From positions 1 through 15,808 of the forward strand of contig CBDBHR010000015.1 in NCBI GenBank assembly GCA_965205865.1: a stretch of DNA of 15,808 nucleotides, written 5' to 3'. The notes below the pieces were generated by a model. It worked only from the letters and a program-made list of their open reading frames with translations, was not told where the DNA came from and did not search any database. Source of the DNA: a bacterium (GTDB lineage Bacteria; SAR324; NAC60-12). Positions 1 through 9,160 of this stretch are shown piece after piece. How positions within the stretch are numbered: the stretch's first letter is position 1; every line of letters starts with the position of its first letter. The position numbers and the translations under genes are program-made.

Positions 1-90
1 CAAAAAATCCTTGCCAATACGATCATTCCTTGCCATTAATGAAGGTTTTTGAGCCTCATTAGAAAATTTTGCTTCTTGTATTTCTGGCAT
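1..90 (-). CDS. Possible 5' end of an unknown ORF running off the left edge (MPEIQEAKFSNEAQKPSLMARNDRIGKDFL...)
   Basis: ATG at 90-88 on the minus strand, with an open frame to base 1. No recognisable motif. Confidence 0.3.
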   Translation of the reverse strand, partial: MPEIQEAKFSNEAQKPSLMARNDRIGKDFL

Positions 91-174
91 TTTAACAGTT
101 TTTTAAAGGGTGAGTAATCCGTATTTAACGAGCATATAATATTACGATATTCGTAACAAAAATCCAGATAAAAA

Positions 175-459
175 TTACGAATATCGTATTTTTTTGTTAA
201 TATTTCTCACATATTCTAGAAATTCTTGCCCCGTTTTTTCTGTAATTTTATGAAGTTCTTGAAGTAGGGCAAAGTGGTTGATATGGTAATCTTGGGGATT
301 GGTAAGGATTTCATATAGTCGTGTTGGTCCAGAAAGTCCAAATAGCATAGAAAAATCTTTTTTTTTGATGTCTACAGACTTGCAAAAAGCATCTATTTTT
401 TTCTCTAAATGAATATCTTGCATGTGATATACTCTAATAAACAGTTCCAATGACTTCAA
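175..459 (-). CDS. Hypothetical AT-rich protein, possibly with an XRE-like helix-turn-helix
   Basis: 94-aa ORF with TTG start. The segment KKKDFSMLFGLSGPTRLYEIL loosely resembles an HTH; the start is uncertain. Confidence 0.35.
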   Translation of the reverse strand: MKSLELFIRVYHMQDIHLEKKIDAFCKSVDIKKKDFSMLFGLSGPTRLYEILTNPQDYHINHFALLQELHKITEKTGQEFLEYVRNINKKIRYS

Positions 460-562
460 AGATATCCATTTCTGTTATTAGACTCAAGTCATATTGGGCT
501 GTTTAACAAGGAAATGAAGATGGATTTCCTCCCTGTGGTCGGAAACTACTTATTTCTGCGTT

Positions 563-779
563 CAATTAGCCACGGTCATCTGGCCTTTGTTTGAAAAACT
601 ATTTGAAGAAGGCAGTGGTTTGCGGTATCTTGAGGAGGTACTCTACTATTTATTCAAAGCCAGTTCCCACCTCAAAGAAGAGGAAGTGGTTCAGCAAGTG
701 AAAAACCTGCTCAGCTATGAAGAGGCTCACGAGGTTCTTATGACAGTCGCCGAACAATTAGAACAAAAAGGACTCCAAA
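563..779 (+). pseudogene. C-terminal fragment of an Rpn/YhgA-like (PD-(D/E)XK) protein, copy 1
   Basis: Translation ...GLRYLEEVLYYLF...EVLMTVAEQLEQKGLQ resembles the Rpn 'LxYL...MTIAEQLxxxG' C-terminal signature. No nuclease domain upstream; similarity is lost after KGLQ. Confidence 0.7.
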
Positions 780-822
780 TCAGTTGCCAACGGTTTCCAT
801 GGCAAGGCCGGTTTTCCCCACC

Positions 823-851
823 TTGCGTTTCCCTCTTGCTTTTCCTATATT
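823..851 (+). promoter_or_regulatory. Putative sigma70 promoter for the ECF gene (TTGCGT-17-TATATT); identical copy at 10191-10219
   Basis: Consensus-like hexamers with a 17-bp spacer, 50 bp upstream of the sigma ATG. Confidence 0.45.
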
Positions 852-900
852 GAGGCTGTTCTTGGGCGTTCTTGGCTGAAACTCAAAACCGAGTCCAACG

Positions 901-1506
901 ATGAACCGGAAAACATTGCGGGAACTGCTGGAGGGGTCCGTTCATGGGAAGGAAGACGCTTTTGAGGAGTTGTACCAACACTACAGGGCATATATCGTCC
1001 ACACTGCCCAATCGCTGATTGGCAAGTATCGGAGCCTCCATCAGACGGATGAGGTGGTTCAGGAAATCTGGAAGGATTTGTGGGAGAGCAAGCTGGAGAA
1101 ATTCCAAGGCGAGGCCGATAAAGCCTTCCAGGGTTGGCTGTACAGAGTCGTTCAGAATCATCTGCTGGACCAAATCAGACGTGACAAACGGTAGCCGGAA
1201 GTCGCTGCCCCGGAAGAGGTGGATGAGCTGCGCTCTATGCAGGCCTGGAGGGAGGCCCAGTCGGCGGAATTGCAGGAAGAGAAGATTGAGCGGGCAGGAG
1301 GGGCCCTGAGACAACTGGAAGACGAGCATCCCCAGACCGCTCGGCTGCTGCGCCGCTGCTATTGGGACAGGCTGTCCCTGCAAGCCCTTGCCGCCGAGGA
1401 GTTGGCGCTTCCCATAGAGGAACTGAGCCAAACGGAAAAGCACCGGATCGCCCAACAGTTGTACCGCGCCAGAGAGCGATTTCGGGGAATTTTTGAGAAA
1501 ATTTGA
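901..1506 (+). pseudogene. ECF sigma factor copy 1, split by an in-frame TAG at 1192-1194
   Basis: Collinear with the intact copy at 10269-10874, where the equivalent codon is CGG. The resulting ORFs are 901-1194 (sigma2) and 1219-1506 (sigma4). Confidence 0.9.
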
Positions 1507-1513
1507 TTTTTTT

Positions 1514-1540
1514 TGTCATATTCTGGCTCTTGGTACGTTA
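1514..1540 (+). promoter_or_regulatory. Candidate ECF-type promoter TGTCATA-N15-CGTTA upstream of SBP1
   Basis: Lies 8 bp after the sigma stop codon, preceded by a T-tract. Resembles TGTCA...CGT ECF motifs and is conserved in three copies. Confidence 0.5.
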
Positions 1541-1773
1541 TACAATTAGGAGGGCTCGGTTTCCAAACGCTCATTTTCCTCAAAAAAGACCCATTCTGGT
1601 CAAAAAAATAGTCCGGATGAAGATGCTCGCGAAGAAACTTTTCGCCCTCTTGCAGAGAGCTCCCTGTGGCAGACGCCGTGTCCGCTGCGAATCAGCCGAT
1701 TCGCCCCACAGCGGGTGAATCATTTTCACAACCTAAATAACAAGAAAGGAAAAATTATGGAGATGACCAAAAA

Positions 1774-1953
1774 TAAGAGAAGCCAGGGTAGGGGGACGAA
1801 ATCCCTTACCAAATCCCTGTTTAATTCAATCGTATTGGGAAAGGAAATTATCATGAAAAAGATTAAGAGAAGCAATGGTAGGGGGACGAAATCACTTTCG
1901 AAATCCCTGTTTAATTCAATCGTATTTGGAAAGGAAATTATCATGAAAAAGAT
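1774..1953 (+). repeat. Tandem repeat, 2 x 90 bp, each unit ending in AAAGGA SD + ATG
   Basis: taagagaagc...gaaaggaaattatcatgaaaaagat at 1774-1863 and 1864-1953. The units encode KRSQGRGTKSLTKSLFNSIVLGKEIIMKKI and KRSNGRGTKSLSKSLFNSIVFGKEIIMKKI. Confidence 0.95.
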
Positions 1954-2080
1954 AAAAATGAAAAAAAGGTTCGGGCTGAACCGTCAAAAAAGTAGAGAAA
2001 TCCTCGACAACGTGCTTTCGGGAACGAAAGCAGGTTTTAAAGCAATCCTTAATTTTGAACCTCCAATCGAAAGGAAAAAG

Positions 2081-3875
2081 ATGGATAATCAAAAAAGCAA
2101 ATCAACCTTCAGTGCAACCCTGCCAGCCCTCATCCTGGGGGTAGCAGTCTTCCTGGGCAGCCCGGCCTGGGCAGCCAAGTATGTGACGGACCCCACCACT
2201 GGAAAAGTAGTGACAGCACCAGAGTACGGCGGTACATTGACTTACGTCAACATGCTCGAGCCTGCGAGTATTGACCCCGCTATCGTGCTCATCGCGTCAC
2301 ACGCTATCGGGCTCGTTAATGAGAAGCTAGGCATCCCGAACTGGGCATTAGATAGGGACGTACATGACTATAGAACAATTTGGCTCCCTGAATCTGCCAT
2401 TATAGGGCGGCTGGCTGAAAGCTGGGAAATGCCCGACGCCACAACTTATATCTTCAAAATCCGTAAGGGCGTTCACTGGCATAATAAGGCACCGATGAAC
2501 GGTCGGGAGCTGACTGCCTCCGATATCGAGTACAACCAACACCGTATCTGGGGACTCGGCAGCGGTTTCACCGAACCTGCCGGAAATGCACCCCTCTACC
2601 CCTATGTCAAGAATTCTGAAGGGCTCTTGAATATTGAATCGGTAACGGCCACCGACAAATGGACGGTTGTTTTTAAGCTGAAGGAGCCAATTCTCGGTAC
2701 GCTGAAGGACATCACGGTCCAGGAGCCTAATTTTGTATTAGCCCCCGAGGTAATCGAGCAATACGGCGACGTTACGGATTGGAGGAATGTGGTCGGCACC
2801 GGGCCCTTTGAGCTGACTGACTGGGTGGAGGGCAGCTCTGCCACCTATACCAAGAATCCTGACTACTGGGGCTTCGACGAAAAATACCCGGAGAACCGCC
2901 TGCCCTATGTTGACGAGATAAGGGCCCTGATTATGAAGGAAAGAGCGACAATTGTGGCGTTAATGCGCTCGGGTAAGGCTGATTTCATCGGTAAGGCGGG
3001 CCAGTCTCAATTAACTAGTGTCGACGCGGCAATGAGCCTCCAGCGGACCAACCCCGAACTGAACCTGTGGCCGTTTTCTTATTTTGCCGAAACGGCTATG
3101 ACTTTTGACAACCAGAAGGCGCCCTGGAACGACATCAGGGTGCGCCAGGCAATACAGATGGCAATCGACCTTGAGACAATTAACCAGACGTACATGCAGG
3201 GTTGGGCAGATACGACACCTACGGGGCCTGTAGGGAGAGCTCTTATGGAGTATACCACCCCATTTGAAGAGTGGCCCGAAGAAATCAAGAAAACCTACAG
3301 GTATGACCCGGCAGGGGCCGAAGCGTTGCTTGATGAGGCTGGATATCCGCGCGGCGCCGACGGCATTCGATTCCAGACTGTCTATGAGCACTACGAGCCC
3401 TACGATTTAAATTATTACCTGACAGTCATGGAATACTTGCGTGCGATTGGCATTGGTGTAGAGATGGAGGTAAAAGACCGAGCTTCTCATTCCGCTCTTA
3501 AGCGTGACCCTGAGATACGGCAAGGTATGCTTACTGAAGTTTCCAACCGCGACACTCCCCCTATCGGCTCAATAAGTCAAGCTTACTCGAAAGCATATAA
3601 CCCCCCCAACGTCAATGACCCGATTTATGACGCCATGTATGTTGCCGCCGCCGCAGCTACCACCGTTGAGGAGCAGATGAGGCTGGTTGCACGAGGCAGA
3701 TATGTACATCATAGAGAAGCACTGGTGGATCGTGGGTCCGAGAGTTCCTCTTTTTGCTGTGACCCAGCCGTGGGTCATAGGTTATAACGGTGAAGCCGAA
3801 TTCGGAAGCAATGACTATGTCTTCTTATCCCGTCTGTGGATTGATAGTGAGCTGAAGGAAGCAATGGGTCATTAG
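2081..3875 (+). pseudogene. ABC transporter family-5 SBP (Opp/Dpp-like), copy 1, +1 frameshift near 3691
   Basis: Signal peptide MDNQ...SPAWA after an AAAGGA SD. Motifs PEYGGTL, LAESW, VGTGPF, DIRVRQAI, YDP..A..LLDEAG. The C-terminus (EADMY...LWIDSELKEAMGH) continues in another frame (ORF 3687-3875) that matches copy 2. Confidence 0.88.
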
Positions 3876-3905
3876 GGGTTACACCCCTTGTGGCTGACCT
3901 GAAAA

Positions 3906-3942
3906 AAGGGAGCCCGGGAGGCTCAGGCTTCCCAGCTCCCTT
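3906..3942 (+). terminator. Imperfect GC-rich stem-loop after SBP1
   Basis: aagggagcccgggaggctcaggcttcccagctccctt, an imperfect version of the palindrome at 13126-13161. Confidence 0.65.
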
Positions 3943-4034
3943 CTCATTGAATAGTGAAATAGTTGGTTAGATAGTTTCTTATTTACGCCAATTTTTCAGC
4001 AAGAGGGAAATATTAATTAAGGAAGCATAGAAGG

Positions 4035-5007
4035 ATGTCTATACTTATTACCGGCGGAACAGGTTGGGTGGGTACTGGCCTGGCACATAGACTGGTAGAG
4101 AGGGGCGAAGACCTCATCTTGTTTGACATCGCTCCGCAAATAGAGCGCGTGGCGGATATCAAGAATAACCTAAAGGTTGTCCAGGGAGACCAAAAGGACT
4201 GGCCTGAAGTGTTGAATGTTGTCAAGGAAAATAACGTAGAAGGCGTATTTCACCTTGGAACGATACATAGCTCCCCCCTACACCCCTGGGCCGTTTATGA
4301 AGGGAATATCGCCGGAATAATGCATGTACTGGAAGCGGCGCGACTCTTCGGGGTAAAGACGGGTGGTGTTTACCAGCAGTATGATGACCTATGGGCTGGG
4401 AATACCTACTGAAACTATCACCGATGAGACACTACAACGGCCTGCTAGCGTGTACGGTGTAACCAAGCTATATGGTGAGCTTATTGGCAGATACTATCGG
4501 AAGACATTTGATCTTGACTTTCGCTGCATACGATACCCCAACATCTTTGGTCCCAGTGTTAAGATCAGTAAGAAACTGCAATATATTGCCTGGATGATTC
4601 AAAGTGCGGCCCTGGGCAGGCCGGCTGAATGTCCTGTCAGCGAAGACACCAAACTTCCTGTCCTGTACTATGAAGATGCTATGCGGGCCACACAAATGCT
4701 GTATGATGCACCCAAGGAGCAAATAAAGACCGTATGCTATAACGTAGTAGGGGTCTTCCCATCACTAACGGCCAGGGAGGTAGAACTGGCTATAAAGAAG
4801 TTCATTCCGGAAGCTAAATTTACCTATAAGCCGGACCCCTGGGTCATGGATTATTACCGCAGTATCAATAATATCGATGATAGCCGGGCTCGTGAGGAAT
4901 GGGGGTGGAGGCCATTGTATGTGGATTTCGAAAAGATAGTGGCCGATTTCATTAAAGAGGTGAGATCGAAACCTGAGTACTACAGCCTGGCGTTAACAGA
5001 CACATAG
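4035..5007 (+). pseudogene. NAD-dependent epimerase/dehydratase (extended SDR), +1 frameshift near 4360
   Basis: Rossmann motif TGGTGWVG in ORF 4035-4412. VFTSS and catalytic YGVTK in overlapping ORF 4363-5007. Removing one base gives FGVKRVVFTSS. Confidence 0.85.
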
Positions 5008-5021
5008 CTAGAGTATTATAA

Positions 5022-5388
5022 ACAGAAGACCCGCTGGGGAATCTGGTGGTGTTCCTCATCCCCAGCGTGATTCTGGGGATCGGCAACCACCATGCGCATG
5101 CACCATGATGCTGGGGTGCTGCGGCAGGATTCATCCGAACGGCCTGGTCCAAGGGGCTCAGGGAGCGGGTCTGACATACCATCAAAAATGCCCTCATCCC
5201 GGCTGATTCTGCAGTTGCCGAGCTCTGTGATCTGGGAACATCTTCAACCTGCCGGGGTTGGGCGGTCTGATGCTGACAGCCCTCGCCGACCGAGACTACC
5301 CGGTGGTCTCCGGAATCAACCTGTTTTTCGCCGCCGGGGTGATGGCCATCATCTCCTGATCGGCAGACCCCAGGGGCGGTATGAGTGA
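5022..5388 (+). pseudogene. 3' remnant of an OppB/DppB-like permease with many small deletions
   Basis: Aligns by eye with ~13790-14224 (gacccgct...tggtccaaggggctc...aaaaatgccctcatcccgg...gaccgagactacccg...cggtatgagtga). Confidence 0.88.
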
Positions 5389-6092
5389 ATCCAGGACGGA
5401 GCCGACTGGCCATTTCTTTGTCAGGCTTCTCAAGGAGAAGCCACTGGGGGCCTTCAGTGGGATGATTGTATTGCTCTTTATTCTGGTGGCGATCTTTGCC
5501 GAGGTGCTGGCCCCTTATCCCTTTGCGGAATCCACCCGGCAGACAGGCGCAGGGGGCATCCACCAAGTATCTGCTAGGGACAGACCATCTGGGGCGAGCC
5601 TGAAGCCGCCTGATATGGGGCGCGTCTTTCTTTAATGGTCGGTCTGGCGGCGACCACCCTCAATGTGGGGGTCGCTGTCCTGATAGGCGGTCTCTCAGGA
5701 TTCATTGGGGGTAAATTCGACTTGGCGGTGCAGCGCTTCGTCGATGCCTGGATGTCTTTTCCGGGACTGCTCTTGCTGTTGACCATCATGTCCATCGTGG
5801 GACGGGGGGTCCTGCAGATCATCGTGGTGCTGGGGTCGTCGGGGGCATCAGCGCCTCAAGAATTGTCCGCAGCGCCGTGATTGGTATCAAAGAGAATGTG
5901 TATTTTCAGGCAGCAAAGGCGATTGGCTGCACCCAGGGGAGAATATTTATCCAGCATGTCCTGCCCAATATTGTGGCCCCCATCCTCATCATTTTCACCA
6001 TCAACATCGGCGGGGTGATTATCTCTGAGGCTTCTTTGAGCTTCCTCGGATTCGGTCTGCCCCTCAAGGTTCCCAGTTGGGGCGGTCTGCTT
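5381..6092 (+). pseudogene. OppC/DppC-like permease, frameshifted and 3'-truncated
   Basis: Fragments LLKEKPLG, VGLAATTLN...QRFVDAWM and IGIKEN...HVLPNI...EASLSFLGFGLP..VPSWG in different frames match 14217-15170. Similarity stops after SWGG. Confidence 0.88.
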
Positions 6093-6137
6093 GCGTATTC
6101 CGCTCACTTCGATATCAAGCTTATGGAATATAATTCT

Positions 6138-6193
6138 AAATACGGGGACAGTTACCTATTTTTCCTGAAATTAGGTAACTGTCCCCCGTATTT
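6138..6193. repeat. REP-like inverted repeat doublet
   Basis: Arms aaatacggggacagttaccta (6138-6158) and taggtaactgtcccccgtattt (6172-6193). A related single arm lies at 9747-9772. Confidence 0.8.
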
Positions 6194-6356
6194 TAATCCT
6201 TTTTTTAATACGGTGATTCATCAACTCTGTATTCTTATAAATTCAATGAAGATCTTTATCTTATAGGGAGATCAAGAAGTCAAATATTTTCTTTTTCTCA
6301 TAGCGAGATAAGGAGGAGTTCCATGATTTAGAAAGATTTCGCCCTGTGTCATAAAA

Positions 6357-6659
6357 CTATTTTTCTTTAAGCCTCTTTATCCAGTAGTCTGGTTTTCTAT
6401 GTAAATTGGCAATTGCAACAATCAGAATTTCCTTCTCAAGTATTTGATAAATTATACCATAAGGAAATCGTCTGATTTGACATCGTCTAGCATTTTGTGT
6501 GAAGGGGTGCCAAGCTTCAGGAAATTGTTGAATACGTTCAAGAGATTTAACGACCTCAACTATAAATTTAGTGCCAAGTCCTGGTGATTCTGCGTTGTAA
6601 TACTTAACAGTTTCATCAAATTCCTGCTCTGCAACTTTTAAGAATCGAATCTCTTTCAT
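6357..6659 (-). CDS. Type II toxin, RelE/ParE superfamily
   Basis: 100 aa with the typical pattern AEQEFDETVKYY...GLG..F...RRFPYGIIY...IVAIANLHRKPDYW. Overlaps the antitoxin stop by 4 bp. Confidence 0.9.
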   Translation of the reverse strand: MKEIRFLKVAEQEFDETVKYYNAESPGLGTKFIVEVVKSLERIQQFPEAWHPFTQNARRCQIRRFPYGIIYQILEKEILIVAIANLHRKPDYWIKRLKEK

Positions 6660-6874
6660 TTTTGGTATTTTGAAAGAACGTCTTGGAGAGAAATAGAGGT
6701 GAGATGCCCTTTGCGATATGCTTCAATTCTTTCTTCGACTTCCTTCTGCCAGACCCCATCTATGCTTTTATCGGGTACATCTAAGCTGGATAGCAGATGA
6801 TTTATAAGATCTGCTCTTTCTATTGCCGGCAGGTTGAGAGATGCTTCTAATATTTCTTCCACATTAACAATCAT
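6656..6874 (-). CDS. Addiction-module antitoxin (putative addiction module component family)
   Basis: 72 aa with the pattern L.LP..ERADL...LL.SLD......WQKEVEERI.AY..G; directly upstream of the toxin. Confidence 0.85.
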   Translation of the reverse strand: MIVNVEEILEASLNLPAIERADLINHLLSSLDVPDKSIDGVWQKEVEERIEAYRKGHLTSISLQDVLSKYQK

Positions 6875-7059
6875 TGATAATCTCCTTTTAAATCAGCGTA
6901 CTATTCATCTAATTCAGACAAGATGGAATGATATTCCTCGTTCTTAGAATATTTGTTTTTTTCATATTCAGCAACTACAATTTATGATATCAGTGAATGG
7001 AATTGCAACTTTTTCATAAAAATATATCAATTCAGGTGATTGCAATTGAAACAAAGCTA

Positions 7060-9012
7060 ATCGGGATAGGAAGGGGTTTTTCTCCCCTCCCTCCCACAGC
7101 ACCACTCATACGGGTCCGTAAGTGGCGCCTCGCCTACTATCAGGTAGAGGTATCTAAACGATACCAAGTGTCTACCGCGCCGTAGCGGGGTAATGAATCT
7201 TAATCCATAGATCACGCAAAGAAACCATTCCCTGTTTAGCAAGAAAGTCATCTGATAAGCCCCAGTTGGTTGCTTGCGTCCGAGAGAGTCGCCAGTATCC
7301 TTTTCGGCTGAGGCCAATACTAATGGACAGCTTTACAGGAACTCCCAGCTTGATCAACTCTCGAATTTTCGTACGAGGTTTCCTCCATTGTTTGATGTAG
7401 GCCATACGAACCCGTCTTCGAAGCCATCCTTCCATCTCCACGATAGTATTGTACAACATACCGCATCCATAGTGCCCCATCCAACCCCTGGCATATTCTG
7501 CCAGACGTTGAAAGCGGCCCTCCATGGCAATCCCCGAGCAACGACGTGAGATTTTACGAAGTTCAGATTTGAACTTTCCTATCTTTGGGTCGATGGTTCG
7601 GAGCTTCTTTCGATGGATTTGGAATCCGAGAACGGAACCCCCTTTGACTTTGCAGATGCTACTCTTCTGAGTGTTCACCTTTACCTTGAGAGTCTCCTCC
7701 AGATATCGGCTCGTACTCATCATGACTCGCTTGGCCGCTCGTACTGATTTGACAAAAATTGCCAAATCATCTGCATAGCGGACAAACTCAAGCCCTCGCT
7801 TTTCCAGCTCCTTATCAAGATCATCCAACAAGATATTACTCAATATTGGAGAGACCGGAGATCCCTGTGGAACCCCTTTTCTTGTAGCGTTCAGTCTTCC
7901 GTCTACCATGACACCTGCCCGTAGGAAGGTTCCAATCAAACGGAGAATCCCTTTGTCCTTTATCTGACGAGAAACACGGTTCATCAATATGTCATGATTG
8001 ACCGTATCGAAAAACTTTTCCAGATCCAGATTGATCTGGTATCCGTACCCCTTCTGATAGTAACATTGGGCTTGACGTGCGGCATCCTGTACCGATCGCC
8101 CTGGCCGAAAGCCGAAGCTGGATTCAGAAAATAAAGGTTCAAACACCGATGTCAACACCCAAGCGATTGCCTGCATAATGACTCGTTCCATTACAGCTGG
8201 AATACCAAGCTTTCGCACACCGTCTCCTGAGTCCTTTGGAATTTCAACTCGCAGAACTGGACGAGGTTTAAATTCCCCCTTCAGCAATTGCTCTTTGAAA
8301 CCTTCCCATCTGTGTTTTACCCATTTTGGATACCTTTCAATCGATATATTGTCGATTCCAGGTTTTCCTTTATTGGATCTTACCTTTTTCCATGCGCGAA
8401 TCATGCTCTCTCGTGAGACAACATACTCCACGGATGTTTGATTGACAGACGGTTCTTCTGCGACGTGCCCATTTCCAACTCCTCGGTTCGAGGATAAACA
8501 TTTAGAAACAGAACTCACAAATACCTCCCTGTCCACACTGCGCTCAGGCCTTCTATCTCATAAATGAGATTTTCTCGCCCTCGGCTGACTTCTGCGTCAT
8601 CACCTTCGATGTTACCACCAAAGGCGCTGAATTCCATTGAAACCAAGAGGAGAGTGTTCCGTTTTCCACGGTCTTCTAGTCTCTTGGTTCCCCCGGCAAT
8701 CCGCATGTAAAGCAGATCTCCCCGGGTAAGAGCATGAACTTTCCCTACACAATCGCAGCATTTACCATCCTCCTTAATCCGAGTGGGCATCGCAATGTTG
8801 TGCTTGCTCGCCCCGAAGTTCAGCCTTATATGCTGTTTCTGTCCGTCGACTCGTAGGTTTGCGCTTAGGCTTCCTCCGCACGGCTCGTCACCTCCCCGCA
8901 CTTGCCTTCGGCTAGTACTTTTTAAAGTTGTAATCATAAGCTGACTAGTATACTTTTCGGATAATGTACAGGGGACTCACACCCCATAAGTTCATGCCCA
9001 TGCCGGGCACAC
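7060..9012 (-). mobile_element. Group II intron, class C (IIC-attC type), 1953 nt
   Basis: 5' end GTGTGCCCGGCATGG at 9012. IIC-like D5 with CGC triad at 7099-7128, D6 with bulged A, 3' end ...CCCGAT at 7060. Exon junction TTGT|TAGC on the minus strand. Encodes an RT. Confidence 0.9.
7172..8536 (-). CDS. ltrA: Group II intron reverse transcriptase/maturase, no endonuclease domain
   Basis: RT0 AWKKVRSNKGKPGID, RKLGIP, SFGFRPGRS, DLEKFFD, GVPQGSPVSPILSNI, YADD. X domain RGWMGHY...RRRVR...QW. No HNH tail. Confidence 0.97.
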   Translation of the reverse strand: MDREVFVSSVSKCLSSNRGVGNGHVAEEPSVNQTSVEYVVSRESMIRAWKKVRSNKGKPGIDNISIERYPKWVKHRWEGFKEQLLKGEFKPRPVLRVEIPKDSGDGVRKLGIPAVMERVIMQAIAWVLTSVFEPLFSESSFGFRPGRSVQDAARQAQCYYQKGYGYQINLDLEKFFDTVNHDILMNRVSRQIKDKGILRLIGTFLRAGVMVDGRLNATRKGVPQGSPVSPILSNILLDDLDKELEKRGLEFVRYADDLAIFVKSVRAAKRVMMSTSRYLEETLKVKVNTQKSSICKVKGGSVLGFQIHRKKLRTIDPKIGKFKSELRKISRRCSGIAMEGRFQRLAEYARGWMGHYGCGMLYNTIVEMEGWLRRRVRMAYIKQWRKPRTKIRELIKLGVPVKLSISIGLSRKGYWRLSRTQATNWGLSDDFLAKQGMVSLRDLWIKIHYPATAR

Positions 9013-9160
9013 ACAAAAAACTGAACCGGAGCCTGAACACAGCGCATTTTGCTCCGATTGTTGTGGATTACAAGCACATAATTTATCTTTCAATTTAACA
9101 TTAACGCGGCCCGGTTATTTCGGTCGTTCGCATACTTCATAGAATCTCAAAAAATCTTTT

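Larger units (their letters stand above)
561..1730 (+). repeat. Regulatory head, copy 1 of a ~1.17-kb dispersed direct repeat (partner 9929-~11248)
   Basis: Starts at ttcaattagccacggtcatc (561 and 9929). The offset stays at 9368 through the sigma gene (587/9955, 901/10269). Similarity fades after gcgggtgaatcatt. Confidence 0.95.
7055..9132 (+). other. Integron attC site interrupted by the intron (7055-7059 + 9013-9132; 125 bp when rejoined)
   Basis: Rejoined sequence: R'' AGCTAAC, 7 nt, L'' T(G)AACCGG ... L' CCGGTTA, 8 nt, R' GTTCGCA. Spacing matches canonical attC, with one unpaired base in L''. Confidence 0.8.

Noticed and set aside
1192-1194. TAG as pyrrolysine or programmed readthrough
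   Set aside because: The equivalent residue is Arg in a linker, no pyl genes are in the window, and neighbouring genes are also broken.
883-1583. Antisense and alternate-frame ORFs over the sigma genes (883-1455, 1019-1309, 1235-1519, 1359-1583 and their copy-2 equivalents)
   Set aside because: Shadow ORFs of a GC-rich gene with no motifs. Their recurrence is explained by the DNA duplication.
1774-1953. 90-bp and 151-bp repeats as a CRISPR array
   Set aside because: Only two adjacent units each, with no spacers and no cas genes.
6310-6331. Strong SD AAGGAGGAG followed by ATG-ATT-TAG
   Set aside because: Only a two-codon ORF; no support beyond a possible decayed gene start.
7172-8536. RT as a DGR, retron or defence RT that diversifies the SBPs
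   Set aside because: It has RT0 and X domains and full group II intron ends. Differences between repeats are not adenine-specific, and there is no TR/VR pair.
8515-8937. 140-aa ORF upstream of the RT
   Set aside because: It lies within the intron's structural RNA domains and has no protein features.
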